Assembly: GCF_006345805.1 (NCBI RefSeq) | Contig: NC_043001.1 | Location: 128,526,001-128,590,000 of the forward strand | DNA from: Octopus sinensis | Lineage: Eukaryota | Length of the DNA stretch: 64,000 bases | Direction of reading: 5' to 3' | Part shown: one piece after another, positions 27,058 to 38,953 of the stretch | Position numbering within the stretch: the stretch's first letter is position 1 | Layout of the letters: every line of letters begins with the position of its first letter | Program-made: the position numbers and the translations under genes | Notes under the pieces: model-generated | What the model was told of the DNA's origin: nothing | What the model saw: the letters and a program-made list of their open reading frames with translations, nothing else | The model's database searches: none

Positions 27058-27443
27058 TCTTTATATATAAAAGTGAAGTTGTGTGTCTGTCTCCTCCGAT
27101 TTAGATTCCTAACTACTCCCACATTTTGCGGTGCAGTGTAACCAAAACCGGGTATCTTATAGTCGTGATTCATATCGAGCCCTTCTGGGTATTAGCGCGC
27201 GTCTACGATGAGTCTACGATTTAAAAAATAATTTACCATCATTTTTTTCCATTTTAATGCATTTTTTCGATATTATATAAGGGAAGTAACTCTCTAAAAG
27301 TGTCTACAATGAGTCAACGATTTTTAAAAACATTTACCATATTTTTTTTCCCATTTTTAGCTAATTTTTGGCTATAACTCTCTAAAAATGCTTATATAGT
27401 TATTTCCCTTACAAATCCGAGCAACGCCGGGCGATACTGCTAG
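27058..27443 (+). mobile_element. Non-autonomous Helitron
   Basis: A|TCTTTATATATAAAAG ... ccgagcaacgccgggcgatactgCTAG|T. Confidence 0.85.
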
Positions 27444-27983
27444 TTGTAAATAAACATGTAAGTTGCCTGAAATTTATTATGACATCGATCCTTAAATTAC
27501 AAACCCACATTAAATTTTCTTATGAAAGAAACCATATACTCCGAACATATTTAGCAAGGATAGTATTGTTTCATCTAATCAAAATAAATAGTGATTGCAC
27601 CTGATTCTTTTCGGGAGTTACACACGCAAGATGTTTTTGTTTCGTTGCCAATACAAAAGTACGATGTAAAAAGTTGACATTGACCTATTGTCCTAATTAG
27701 AAGAAGCAAAGGGAGAACCAGCGGGGAAGGGGGGGGAGTTGATATTTTGAAATTGCGATTTTTGGAAATCTTTTTTGCAGAATCGATATCTCCTTTATCT
27801 CCTACGACAAGGGATTCTGTAAAAAAAAAATTAAAGTGGGGAAGGATTCCGTTTACATCTACGCCATGTGAGCCACCGATAATGTTTATATATATATATA
27901 TATATATATAAATATACATATACATAATTATATAAATAAATAATATAAATTAGTAAACATATATATATATATATATGTATACA

Positions 27984-28021
<38 letters not shown>

Positions 28022-28184
28022 CTAAAAACCTATCCATTCTTGTTGCTTCTTTCTCGCTTATAATCACCCCACATTACTGTATTGTTAAATCAGTATAGTT
28101 TTTTTTTGGTGCATCTAAGTTAGGTACCATATTCAAGTAAATTTTTTAAATTAACTTGAATCTTTATTGCTCTTTTATATATAT

Positions 28185-28216
<32 letters not shown>

Positions 28217-28333
28217 CATGTGTATATTCAAAGGGCAAGACCACTAGGTAGTCGGCCGTATGCTAGAAATAGATCACCTACGATCAAACTACAAAGAAAA
28301 GAATGTTCTCTAGAGGAAAATTCAACGGACATT

Positions 28334-28402
<69 letters not shown>

Positions 28403-28531
28403 TCAGCCGAAATTGCGAAGATGATCCGGTTCTTGACTGAAGATTGAAGGCTTCGAATGTCCCGTCCGTGTTTTTTGTATCGTCTTCTAAATGTTTCACG
28501 TTCTTGTCCCAGTTTGTATTTTTTTACATTT

Positions 28532-28585
<54 letters not shown>

Positions 28586-28841
28586 GAAGCGTTTCGATAT
28601 TAGTACATGACGGGTCATGAGTGTGTTTGCCCTGTCCAGTATAAACATTTTAACTCATGATTTATACCATTAAATATTTCATTTCAACTTTACAGCTGTA
28701 TTATGAGAGATCGTCGACGTTACCCTGCTTCTATAAATTAGGTTCCTGGTTCAATTCACACCGCTGGAATACAAAACAATCCCACAATATTTCAGTGCAT
28801 GTCACTTTGAAAAGAAAAAACGAAACGGTTTCAACATTTAC

Positions 28842-29280
28842 CTGTTATGTTAGAAGAAGGGTCAACGGGAAGGACTGCAACTTTGTGCCCCAAGCTGGTC
28901 AGGTATTTCCCAAATACTTCAATGAACGTGCTTTTGCCTGCTCCTGGAGGGCCAGATATACCAATTCGAAACGATACAGTCGGATATATCGAACGTGCTT
29001 CTTGCTCCTGAATATATTTTAAACATTTATCTAAAAGAGACTGGCCGGCCGTTTTCTTCTGCTCGTTGCTAGATTCGACCAAAGTAATGCTTTGTGCTAA
29101 TGACGCTCTGTTACCACTTGTTATGCCTTGGAATAAACTGTTGATATACTGCGAAGTGAAGTCCAGTTTTGGGGCGACATTAGTGTTTAGATTTCGTGAT
29201 CGGAAGATCGATCGAGTTGTAGGACAGCGACATTTAATTAAGTAAACAACCAAGAGAGGAACACGTTTAAACTTTTCCAT
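28842..29280 (-). CDS. MMAA: MMAA / MeaB-family mitochondrial GTPase, coding exon 1
   Basis: ATG at 29280, basic transit-peptide-like N-terminus, RASLAQSITLVES, Walker A GISGPPGAGKST, AVLPVDPSS. Donor ACA G|gtaaat. Confidence 0.95.
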
Positions 29281-29435
29281 GTTTCTCGTTTATGTTACTG
29301 TTATCTCCCTTCAGCATCAAGCAACCCCCGTCTCTGTCTCTCTGTCTCTCTGTCTCTGTCTCTGTCTCTCTTTCACTCTCTCGTTTCGAATTTTGGCACA
29401 ATGCGAGCAATTTCGGGGGAAGGAGTAAATATATA

Positions 29436-29579
29436 GGCAATCTTTCGTCTCTAGTAGACCTTTCCGTCGTATGTGTATATGTATGTATATTACTTGAAAA
29501 GTTCCCGCAAACCCATATGTAAAAAAAAATTTTTTTTACGGAAATCGACGGAAAGGTCTACTAGAGACGAAAGATCGCC
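29436..29579. mobile_element. 144-bp MITE-like element with 34-bp terminal inverted repeats upstream of MMAA
   Basis: ggcaatctttcgtctctagtagacctttccgtcg / cgacggaaaggtctactagagacgaaagatcgcc (33/34 complementary), flanked by TA-rich sequence. Confidence 0.8.
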
Positions 29580-29712
29580 AATATATATTGATACTTTATC
29601 AACCCTGAAAGGGAAGAAAAGCACAGTCATCCGTGACAGAATTTGAACTTGGGATCTTCTCGGTTTGAATGGCAGTTTTTTCTAGCGGTGTCGTATGAAA
29701 TTGTCACCCATA

Positions 29713-29968
29713 GAACGTAGCGGCAGACGAAATACTTATTTCTTTACTACCCACAAGGGGCTAAACACAGAGGGAACAAACAAGGACAGACATAGGTATT
29801 AAGTCGATTACATCGACCCCGGTTCGTAACTGGTACTTAATTTATCGACCCCGAAAGGATAAAAGGTAAAGTCGACCTCAACGGAATTTGAACTCAGAAC
29901 GTAGCAGCAGACGAAATACGGCTACGCATTTCGCCCGGCGTGCTAACGTGTCTGCCAGCTCGCCGCCT
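29713..29968 (-). mobile_element. Family C SINE
   Basis: Reverse-complement full copy. Confidence 0.85.
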
Positions 29969-30459
29969 TCAAAAAAAAGGAATATGAAATATACCTTCTA
30001 TTTGGGGCAAGACTTCCTTTTGTACCCCCTTTTTTATTTATTTAAAAGCACCTCTTTTTTATTTAATTTTTTTTTTTACACAAACCCCCGTTTTCTGAAA
30101 TTTTTTTTTCAAAAGATGCGGAAAAATATGAAGATTATGATTCTTAAGAAAAATTTTCAAAAATGTTTGTAAAATTTTTTTTCAGAGATTTTATAAAAAA
30201 ATTTGGTTGAAAATGGGCCAGGGGGAAGTCTTTCACTGTAGGGTCTTAAATATTGTGGATTGAAACTCCATTTAATCAATCCTATCCAAGCAATTAAAAG
30301 ACATAAACCCCTTTTCAGAGTATTTTAAAAATGTAAAAGCAACAAACGAAAGAGTCAACTTTGGTAAGCTCTGATAGTTGATACTTTTGTGCAATATGGG
30401 CAATGCAAATTGGAGCGGAATTAATCTATAAAGTCTACTGGTGATGGCCATATTATATA

Positions 30460-30966
30460 TATAATGAAATTATTGTATACAGTGCTCAGGTGCACCACAA
30501 CTTGTCAGAAAGTGCATATAAAGTATATGCAGTAATGTACAAATGTCTGGAAAGCGAACAATGTATGAGTCAGATACATGCTTGTGTGTGTATGGAGGGG
30601 AGAAAATCACGTGTAGTGTTGGCGAATCTCAGAAAGCATGGAAGTTTTGAAGGATGTAGTGCTCCGACAACTAACAACTGATGCCGGCAGTTTGTTCCAT
30701 GCTTCAGCAACTCTCAGCGTGAAAAAATGTTTCCTGAAGTCATGGGAGCTGTGCTGTTTTCTGACTTCGTAAATATGTCCATGGGTGTTAGATGGGTGGA
30801 GTTCGAAAAGGTGTTCAGAGTTATTGTTTGTACGATGGTTGATAATTTTATGGATGTCTGCCAAGTCAGCTGCCAGACGCCGGAGTTTCAATGTGTCCAT
30901 GCCCAGGGAAGTAAGGCGTTCAAGATATGGCAAATGCCTGATGGAGAGTATTCTTTTGGTTGCACG
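30460..30966 (-). mobile_element. CR1-group LINE 3' fragment
   Basis: PYLERLTSLGMDTLKLRRLAADL...NTHGH...RKHFFTLRVAEAWNKLPASVV, the CR1-type ORF2 C-terminus, plus 3'UTR. Confidence 0.88.
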
Positions 30967-31065
30967 TTAAAACTGTCCAGGAAAGTATGTTTTACTCTGT
31001 TGACACTGAAGTAATCAGTATAGATGAAAATAGAAGAGAATGTGTTTTATAATTGTTTATTTAGG

Positions 31066-31310
31066 TACAGAAGAAATGATAGATGGTTATGTGCACATCC
31101 TTCTGATGCCCACATAGTAATGCACACTAAATTTCCAACAGCTGTGATGACTTTTAAGAGTAGTGAGCAATGAAGGTCCTGTCCTGCCACCTCACATTTT
31201 CCCACGGGTTTTAGATTTAATGTTACTGGATTCATTGAGGTGATGGAGAAGGTTGTTAAGCCCTGGATGGGTGAAGTAAGCAGTAGAAGGCTATACATGT
31301 TTCCAGTCAG
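31066..31310 (+). mobile_element. Tc1/mariner (maT/DD37D-like) transposase fragment
   Basis: With a frameshift: NDRWLCAHPSDAHIVMHTKFPTAVM..VVSNEGPVLPPHIFPTGFRFN...VVKPWM...YMF. Confidence 0.65.
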
Positions 31311-31379
31311 CACCCAAGTATGTATGTGAGACAACACCTGGAGCATTGTTGAAAGGAAGACTAATTGACATTCTTCACC

Positions 31380-31994
31380 AAGGAAATGACTAGTGACCGA
31401 GACCTTTGGAAATATGCTGTGCATGAGAAGACCCGGCAAGCCAAATGAAACCATAATCTCATGGCCTATGCCTGGGGCGTAACCAGCCCACTTATGCATA
31501 CCTTTTCCTTCTTTGGACACTAAAACTCTGCTTGCAAAGACCTGTTGAGGCAAGTGCAATCAATCAAAAGCAAAATCAAAATCAAACTCGATGACTGGCG
31601 TCCATGTTAGCAGGGTGCAAAGAGCACCATACGAGCGTGATCATTGGTGGAGCGGCTAACCGGCTTACATGCCAGTGGCACTTAAAAGGCACCATTCAAG
31701 CGTGATCATTACCAACGTCGCCTTACTGGCACCTGTGCTGGTGGCATGTGTAAAAGGATTCGAGCTAGGTCGTTTCTAGTACCGCCTGACTGGCCCCCGT
31801 GCCGGTGGCACGTAAAAGGCAGCCACTACACTCTCAGAGTGGTTGGCGTTAGGAAGGGCATCCAGCTGTAGAAACTCTGCCAAATCAAGACTGGAGCCTG
31901 GTGCAGCCATCTGGTTCGCCACCCCTCAGTCAAAATCGTCCAACCCATGCTAGCATGGAAAGCGGATGTTAAACGATGATGATGATGATGATGA
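31380..31994 (+). mobile_element. RTE-type 3' region (family D) with (GAT)n tail
   Basis: gaaatgactagtgaccgagacctttgg...aagacccggcaagcc (also at about 105-170), followed by the family D 3'UTR. Confidence 0.82.
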
Positions 31995-32003
31995 CAATTT
32001 CAT

Positions 32004-32111
32004 AGCTTCACTGAGGGTGCCATTGTACAGGTGACGTCAGGAATGAATAAAGACCATTTATTGCTAGTATGTCGTCGATTCTGGTCCAATACTGAAACAG
32101 TTGTTGAAGCT
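32004..32111 (+). ncRNA. Degenerate hammerhead motif
   Basis: agcttca-CTGAGGG-...attg...caatact-GAAAC-agtt-GT-tgaagct. Closing helix is 7 bp; the core is mutated. Confidence 0.45.
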
Positions 32112-33111
32112 GAAGACGGATTCGTAGAATAATCTTACAAGAAAATTTACTAAGAACATGAGCACAAATTTTTATTAAAATACATTTGGTTTTTCCTAAA
32201 TGAGAGTTATTTTATTAAATTGCCAAGTACTTATCATACCCTGTATGTGTGTGTCTGTCTGTATGTATCTATGTATCATTCACTCACAGCAGTGGGTGAA
32301 TATATTACGGTCAACTTCTAGTTACCTACAAGCACTTCTAGGCTTCATCACTAATTCTGTTCTCTACCAAATTAAATGTGGATTTTTTAGCAATGATGGT
32401 CCACTCCTAGCTACATTTTGAGATAAAATAATTGAAATTTAGTTAAAAAAAGTTATGGGAGAGTAAGGCCAAAAATTGACTTTGAATTGAAATATTTGTT
32501 ATTTTCAAAGAAAAGTATGGATTAATTGGTTTTAAAAGAATGTACTCATTAAGAAGAATCTTTTGGTGACAACCTAGTTAAAAAGTATTAGTTACAAAAA
32601 AAGTAGTGTGACTTTAAGTGACAAAAAAGTGATAAGTAACCCCCAAAACTGACTTTGAATCAAAATACCTCTGCTATTGTTACAGAAAATTATACAATAG
32701 TTGTGTTCAAATGAAAGAGCTCTTTGAGATGAATCTTTTGGTGAAAACCTCATAAAAAAATATTACATACAAAAAGGTGGTATGGCTTTAAGTGGTGAAA
32801 AATCGATGCTCATTTTGACAAATTAAAATATCGTTGCCATTTAAAAATATTTAGAACCATAAAAGATGACACCTGATGTCATAGGTTGCTTAGCTTAATG
32901 GTACTGAATGCTTAACCAGAGTTTGAGAGGTATGGGATTCAATTCTTACCAGCTCCTTTTTTTCCCATTTTCTTAGCTGATCTTCCTAGCTGTTTTCACA
33001 GTTATCCTGTGTTGAAGATTTTCTATGATATGACATTTATGGTGAATATCACATCAAGAAATATTAGCTACAAAAAAATTTGTGTGGCTTTAAGTGATGA
33101 AAAAAAAGGTA

Positions 33112-33328
33112 ATCATCATCATCATTTAGCGTCCGTTTTCCATGCTAGCATGGGTTGGACGGTTCAACTGGGGTCTGTGAAGCCAGAAGGCTGCATCAGG
33201 CCCAGTCTGATCTGGCAGTGTTTCTACGGCTGGATGCCTTTCCTAACGCCAACCACTCCGCAAGTGTAGTGGGTGCATTTTACGTGCCACCTGCACAGGA
33301 GCCAAACGGAGCTGGCAAACGGCCACGA
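33112..33328 (-). mobile_element. Family D retroposon 3' end
   Basis: Near-identical to the 19972 and 48823 copies. Confidence 0.85.
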
Positions 33329-33687
33329 ATAGTTTTAAGAAATCAACTTTTATTATATCATTATATATATTGTTCCCAGTATAAATTAATATTACTATGA
33401 AATATTTCCGGTCCCTGGCACACTGAAAAAAAAAAAAAAAAAAACTGCCAGTACACCACATCAGATAGTTTGAGAAGCACTGCTCTATAACACTTTTGCT
33501 TAGCACAAAAGAGAGAAAAATTTTTTTCTGGATAAAATATTTTCCTCCAATGATGTGGTGTCTGTTCCAAACAGCTTGATATGAACTGATATAATAACAA
33601 CAAACATTTTAAGGACATTTTCACTGCTAAAACAGAAGTTAGCTCTGCAGGCTTTGTGACAGTTTTCTCTGCCTTCTCTATATATTT

Positions 33688-34120
33688 TTGAAACTCCGAC
33701 GTCTGGCAGCTGACTTGGCAGACACCCATAAAATTATCAACCATCTCACAAACAATAACTCTGAGCACCTTTTCGAACTCCACCCGTCTAATACCCGTGG
33801 ACATATTTACAAAGTCAGAAAACAGCACAGCTCCCATGACTTTAGGGAACATTTTTTCATGCTGAGAGTTTCTGAAGCATGGAACAAACTGCCGGCATCA
33901 GTTGTTAGTTGTCGGAGCACTACATCCTTCAAAACTTCCATGCTTTCTGAGATTCACCAACACTACACGTGATTTTCTCCCCTCCATACACACACAAGCA
34001 TGTATCTGACTCATACATTGTTCGCTTTCCAGACATTTGTACATTACTGCATATACTTTATACGCACTTTCTGACAAGTTGTGGTGCACCTGAGCACTGT
34101 TTACAATAATTTCATTATTA
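33688..34120 (+). mobile_element. CR1-group LINE 3' fragment
   Basis: KLRRLAADL...NTRGH...FFMLRVSEAWNKLP. Near-identical inverted partner of 30460-30966. Confidence 0.88.
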
Positions 34121-34457
34121 TTTTTTTTATATATATATTTTGCTTTTTTCCCTTATTTCTTCTACCATTGTTTTTATCCATGTCTTGTGCTTCCTCTATT
34201 TTTTTTTTTTTACCTTGAGGAAAACCGATACGATGTAGATTTAATATCCCCTGTTCAAATACTCAATAGAAATACCTGCAGTTAGTTTGAACGCAAGCCT
34301 CTGTGAATTGGTAGTCTGACATTGTATTTATGCTACTATTTCACATCTATAAATAGGGTGGGAATGACATAACTTGTAGATAGTTTCAGTAAGGGTAGAG
34401 TCCATTGTAATAATGATAACTGAATAGCATGAACATGCATACCATACATATACGTAT

Positions 34458-34703
34458 AGGCGGCGAACTGGCAGAAACATTAGCACAAGGCGGCAAGCTG
34501 GCAGAAACGTTAGCATGCGGGGCGAAATGTGTAGCCGTATTTCGTCTGCCGTTGCGTTCTGAGTTCAAATTCCGCCGAGGTCGACTTTGCCTTTCATCCT
34601 TTCGGGGTCGATAAATTAAGTACCAGTTACACACTGGGGTCAATATAATCGACTTAATCTGTTTGTCCCCTCTGTGTTTGACCCCTTGTGAGTAATAAAG
34701 AAA
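34458..34703 (+). mobile_element. Family C SINE with duplicated 5' 30 bp
   Basis: ggcggcgaactggcagaaacattagcac, then ggcggcaagctggcagaaacgttagcat... Confidence 0.85.
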
Positions 34704-34845
34704 CACATACATATACGTACATTTACACACACACACACTCACCTTTTACTTTTTCAGTCATTAGACTGAAGCCATGCTGGAGCACCGCCTTGAAGAATTT
34801 TAGTAGAATTTATTGACCCCAGTAATTCTTTTCTTTTTTATTTTT

Positions 34846-35250
34846 TTGGTAAGGAGCTTGCTTACCAACCACATGGTTCCAGGTTCAGTCACACCATGTG
34901 GCACCATGGGCAAGTGTCTTCTACTATAGCCTCGGGCCAACCAAAGCCTTGTGAGTGGATTTGGTAGACGGAAACTGAAAGAAGCCCATCGTATATATGT
35001 ATAGATATATATGCATGTGTGTATATATGTTTGTGTGTCTGTGTGTTTGTCTCCCTAACATCGCTTGACAACCGATGCTGGTGTGTTTACGTCCCCGTTA
35101 CTTAGCAGTTCAGCAAAAGAGATTGATAGAATAAGTACTAGGCTTACAAAGAATAAGTCCTGGGGTCGATTTGCTCAACTAAAGGTGGTGCTCCAGCATG
35201 GCCACAGTCAAATGACTGAAGCAATTAAAAGAGTAAGAGAAAGTAAAGAA
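34846..35250 (+). mobile_element. Family A SINE, nested in an older antisense copy
   Basis: Family A sequence. Antisense remnants at about 34745-34830 and 35255-35520. Confidence 0.85.
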
Positions 35251-35695
35251 TAAAGCCTGGTACATAGTGTATTGATCTTTTTTGCTAAGCTGCTAAATTA
35301 CAGGGACACAAACACACCAACATCGGTTGTCAAGTGGTGTTTGGACACACACACACACGCATGCAATGGGCTTTTTTCAGTTCCCATCTACCAAATCCAC
35401 TTACAGGGCTTTGGTCACAGCCCAAGGCTATGGTAGAATATACTTGCCCAAGATGCCACACAGTGGGACTGAATCCAGAACCATATGTTAGAGAACAAAC
35501 TTTTTACCATACAGCCATGCCGGTCCCATCACCACTTGACAACCGACGTTAGTGTGTTTATGTCCCTGTAACTTAGCAGCTCAGCAAAAAAGATCAATAC
35601 ATTTTTTTCTTTTCTTTCTTCATCTCCTTATTCCTTTATTCCTGTCCTCTATGTCATCATTTCATTAATCTATACCCTTCTCATTTTTGCTATTT

Positions 35696-35751
35696 GTCTC
35701 TGATGATGGAATATCCCATACTCTGGGATATCCCAGAAACAGCTATAAGAC
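35696..35751 (+). ncRNA. Type-I hammerhead ribozyme motif (one helix III mismatch)
   Basis: gtct-CTGATGA-tggaatatccca tactc tgggatatccca-GAAAC-agct-ATA-agac. Helix II pairs at 11 of 12 positions. Confidence 0.78.
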
Positions 35752-35801
35752 TTTGAATTTTTTTTCCAATGATAATAATGTTTGTTTTCCTCTTTAACAA
35801 T

Positions 35802-35945
35802 TATGTATGTATGTATGTATGTATGTATGTATGTATGTATGTATGTATGTATGTATGTATGTATGTGTGTGTATGTATGTATGTGTGTATGTGTGTGTAT
35901 GTATGTATGTATGTATGTGTGTGTGTATGTGTATGTATGTATGTA

Positions 35946-35976
<31 letters not shown>

Positions 35977-36139
35977 ATGTGTGTGTGTATGTGTGTATGT
36001 ATGTATGTGTGTGTGTATGTATGTATGTATGTGTGTATGTGTGTATGTATGTGTGTGTATGTATGTATGTATATATGTATGTATGTGTGTATATATGTAT
36101 GTATGTGTGTATATATGTATGTGTGTGTATACATATATG

Positions 36140-36170
<31 letters not shown>

Positions 36171-36285
36171 GTGTATGTATGTATGTATGTATGTGTGTAT
36201 GTGTGTATGTATGTATGTATGTGTGTATGTATGTATGTGTGTGTATGTATGTATATATGTATATATGTATGTATGTATGTGTATA
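35802..36285. repeat. (TATG)n/(TG)n microsatellite
   Basis: Direct reading. Confidence 0.97.
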
Positions 36286-36679
36286 CGTACATACACCCAC
36301 ACATAAATTCAAGTACACGCTCAAGTATAAAACACACAGATTAACACTCACACATGCACATTTACACCATACATATGCACACAAACACACACACACACTA
36401 TCAGAATACACTCACATAAAGACACAAACAAAAATATGCAGCTGCAATGTCACGCACGCACAGACACACACACACACGCATACACACACACAGGTACATA
36501 AATTAACTAATACATATAATAAACACCTACACATATGTACAACATACAATATGATGAACAAATTCCTTGTAGCCAGTGGTGGTGGTGGTGGTGGTGGTGG
36601 TAGTGTTAAGGATGATGATGGCGATTGTAGTGATGATGATGATGTAGAGTAGGATTTATAAGTTTAGTACAAGATTACA

Positions 36680-36680
<1 letters not shown>

Positions 36681-36722
<42 letters not shown>

Positions 36723-37104
36723 GGTGGTGGTGGTGGTGGTGGTGGTGGTAGTAGTGGTGGTGGTGGTGGTGGTGGTAGTAGTAGTATAGTAGTAGTAGTA
36801 GTAGTGGTGGTGGTGGTGGTGGTGGTGGTGGTGTGGTAGTAGTGGTGGTGGTGGTGGTGGTGGTAGTAGTAGTATTAGTAGTAGTAATGGTGGTGGTAGT
36901 AGTAGTAATAGTATTAGTAGTAGTAGTAGAAGTAGTAGTAGTAGTAGTAATAGTGGTGGTGCTAGTGGTAGTAGTAGTAGTAATAGTGGTAGTGGTGGTG
37001 GTAGTGGTAGTAGTAGTAGTGGTGGTAGTAGTAGTAATAGTAGAAGTAGTAGTGGTGGTAGTAGTAGTAGTAGTAGTAATAGTGGTGGTGGTAGTAGTAG
37101 TAGA

Positions 37105-37144
<40 letters not shown>

Positions 37145-37221
37145 ATAGTGGTGGTGGTGGTGGTGGTAGTAGTAGTGGTGGTGGTGGTGGTAGTAGTAGT
37201 AGTAGTAGAAGCAGCAGCAGC
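36681..37221. repeat. (GTA)n/(GTG)n trinucleotide array, about 540 bp
   Basis: Direct reading. Confidence 0.97.
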
Positions 37222-37590
37222 AAATAACAAAGTATAATTATCTATTGTAAAGGAGGCAGTGGATGGGAAGGAGTGGGTGGGGGGTGGGGCATTAGTTAGT
37301 GACATCAGAACTCAACCCTTGTGACTGAGCAACTCTTCTGTGTAGGTCACCAGTTTGAATTAAAAGACAAAAAAAAAAAAATTAAATACACATAGAATCA
37401 GTGAGATACCTGAGAGGAGATATAGTGTGTGTGCTGTCTACTAATCCGACTCTCAACACTAGTTGTTGTGTACACTCACACACACATAAATACACATTAT
37501 ATGTACAAGCATACATACTCATTTATACTTGCATGTGTTTGTGTGTGTGTGCGTGTGCATATGTATATATATACCTATATATATATATAT

Positions 37591-37685
<95 letters not shown>

Positions 37686-37739
37686 GTATATATATATATA
37701 TAATATATATATATATGTATATATATTATATATATATAT

Positions 37740-37932
37740 GTGCGGGTGGCACGTAAAAAGCACCCACTACACTCACGGAGTGGTTGGCGTTAGGAAGGGC
37801 ATCCAGCCGTAGAAACACTGCCAGATTTGACTGGGCCTGATGAAGCCTTCTGGCTTCACAGACCCCAGTAGAACCGTCCAACCCATGCTAGCATGGAAAA
37901 CGGACGCTAAATGATGATGATGATGATGATGA
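37740..37932 (+). mobile_element. Family D retroposon 3' end inserted in (TA)n
   Basis: Family D sequence with (GAT)n tail. Confidence 0.85.
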
Positions 37933-38125
37933 TATATACACATATATAAAGTAGGCTGTGTGGTTAAGGCACTTGCTTCCTAACCATGTGGTTTTCGGTT
38001 TAGTCCCACACAACATAATACAATGGGTAAATATTTTACATTATAGCGCCAGGTTATCCAAAGCTTGTGAGTGGATTTCATTGACAGAAACTAAAAAGTT
38101 ATTATACATACATGCATACATACAT

Positions 38126-38168
<43 letters not shown>

Positions 38169-38316
38169 ATATATATAATATATATATATAGATATATATA
38201 TATATATGTATGTATGTATGTATATTTTAAAGAGACACTCATTACCGCTATGGGCTCCGTGTGAGCAATCATCTGAAAGTTTTTTGTGCATTTTGATGTT
38301 GACATAAGTCCCTTGC

Positions 38317-38395
38317 TTTTCCTGATGAGCAGCATAATGTACTCCTTATTCCTTCGCAATTAGGAATATGCAGCCTTCGAAACATATGTCGAAAA
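38317..38395 (+). ncRNA. Type-I hammerhead ribozyme motif (intact core, GUC triplet)
   Basis: ttttc-CTGATGA-[gcagcata...tattcct/aggaata...tatgcagccttc]-GAAAC-atat-GTC-gaaaa. Helix I is ttttc/gaaaa, helix III is the palindrome ACATATGT, and AATAAA follows. Confidence 0.8.
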
Positions 38396-38550
38396 TAAAG
38401 GAATTTTGTTAATTCGTCGTTCAGCTCCATTCTTTCATATATTTATATTTTAAAATAAATATATATATATATATATATATATAAGAATTTTTTGCGTAAT
38501 AAGATAAAAAACCAAGGCTGTATAGATATTAGAGCATTTATAGATAGAAG

Positions 38551-38602
38551 GTCTTACAGGTGTTTCCAGGATATTAATTAATAATATCCCTTCATCGGAG
38601 AC
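38551..38602 (-). ncRNA. Hammerhead-like motif, variant core CCGATGA
   Basis: Reverse strand: gtct-CCGATGA-agggatat...atatcctg-GAAAC-acct-GTA-agac. Same family as 35696. Confidence 0.6.
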
Positions 38603-38901
38603 GGTGTGAGAGGAAAATTAAGTCATAGTTAGTTTAGACGTGATACAAAATAGAGAGCAAGGTGGAGGAAAGAAAACAGATGTAAGATATGTAGGGATAT
38701 TGAAGTTGTAGATCCATTTTTTAAGCAGAATGGTATATATGTAAGATTCCAATATCCTTTAAGTAAAATCCAAAAGTCCAACAGAGTTTAATATGAGTCC
38801 TTCCAAAGGACTCATATCTTGCATCTATTTTCTTTCCTCCACCTCACTCTCTACTTTGTATCACATCTAAACTAACTATGACTTAACCATCCTCTCACAC
38901 T

Positions 38902-38953
38902 GTCTCCGTTGAAGGGATATAATTAATAAATATCCTAGAAACAGCTGTAAGAC
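38902..38953 (+). ncRNA. Hammerhead-like motif, degenerate core
   Basis: gtct-CCGTTGA-agggatat...atatccta-GAAAC-agct-GTA-agac. Inverted partner of 38551-38602. Confidence 0.55.

Noticed and set aside
28399-28470. CTGAAGA...TTCGAA motif (also reverse at about 42940-43000) as a hammerhead
   Set aside because: Lacks GAAA and a convincing helix I/III; kept only as an unclassified repeat.
35670-37305. Long YIHT/VCMY, poly-T/V/L/H ORFs
   Set aside because: Translations of stop-free microsatellites.
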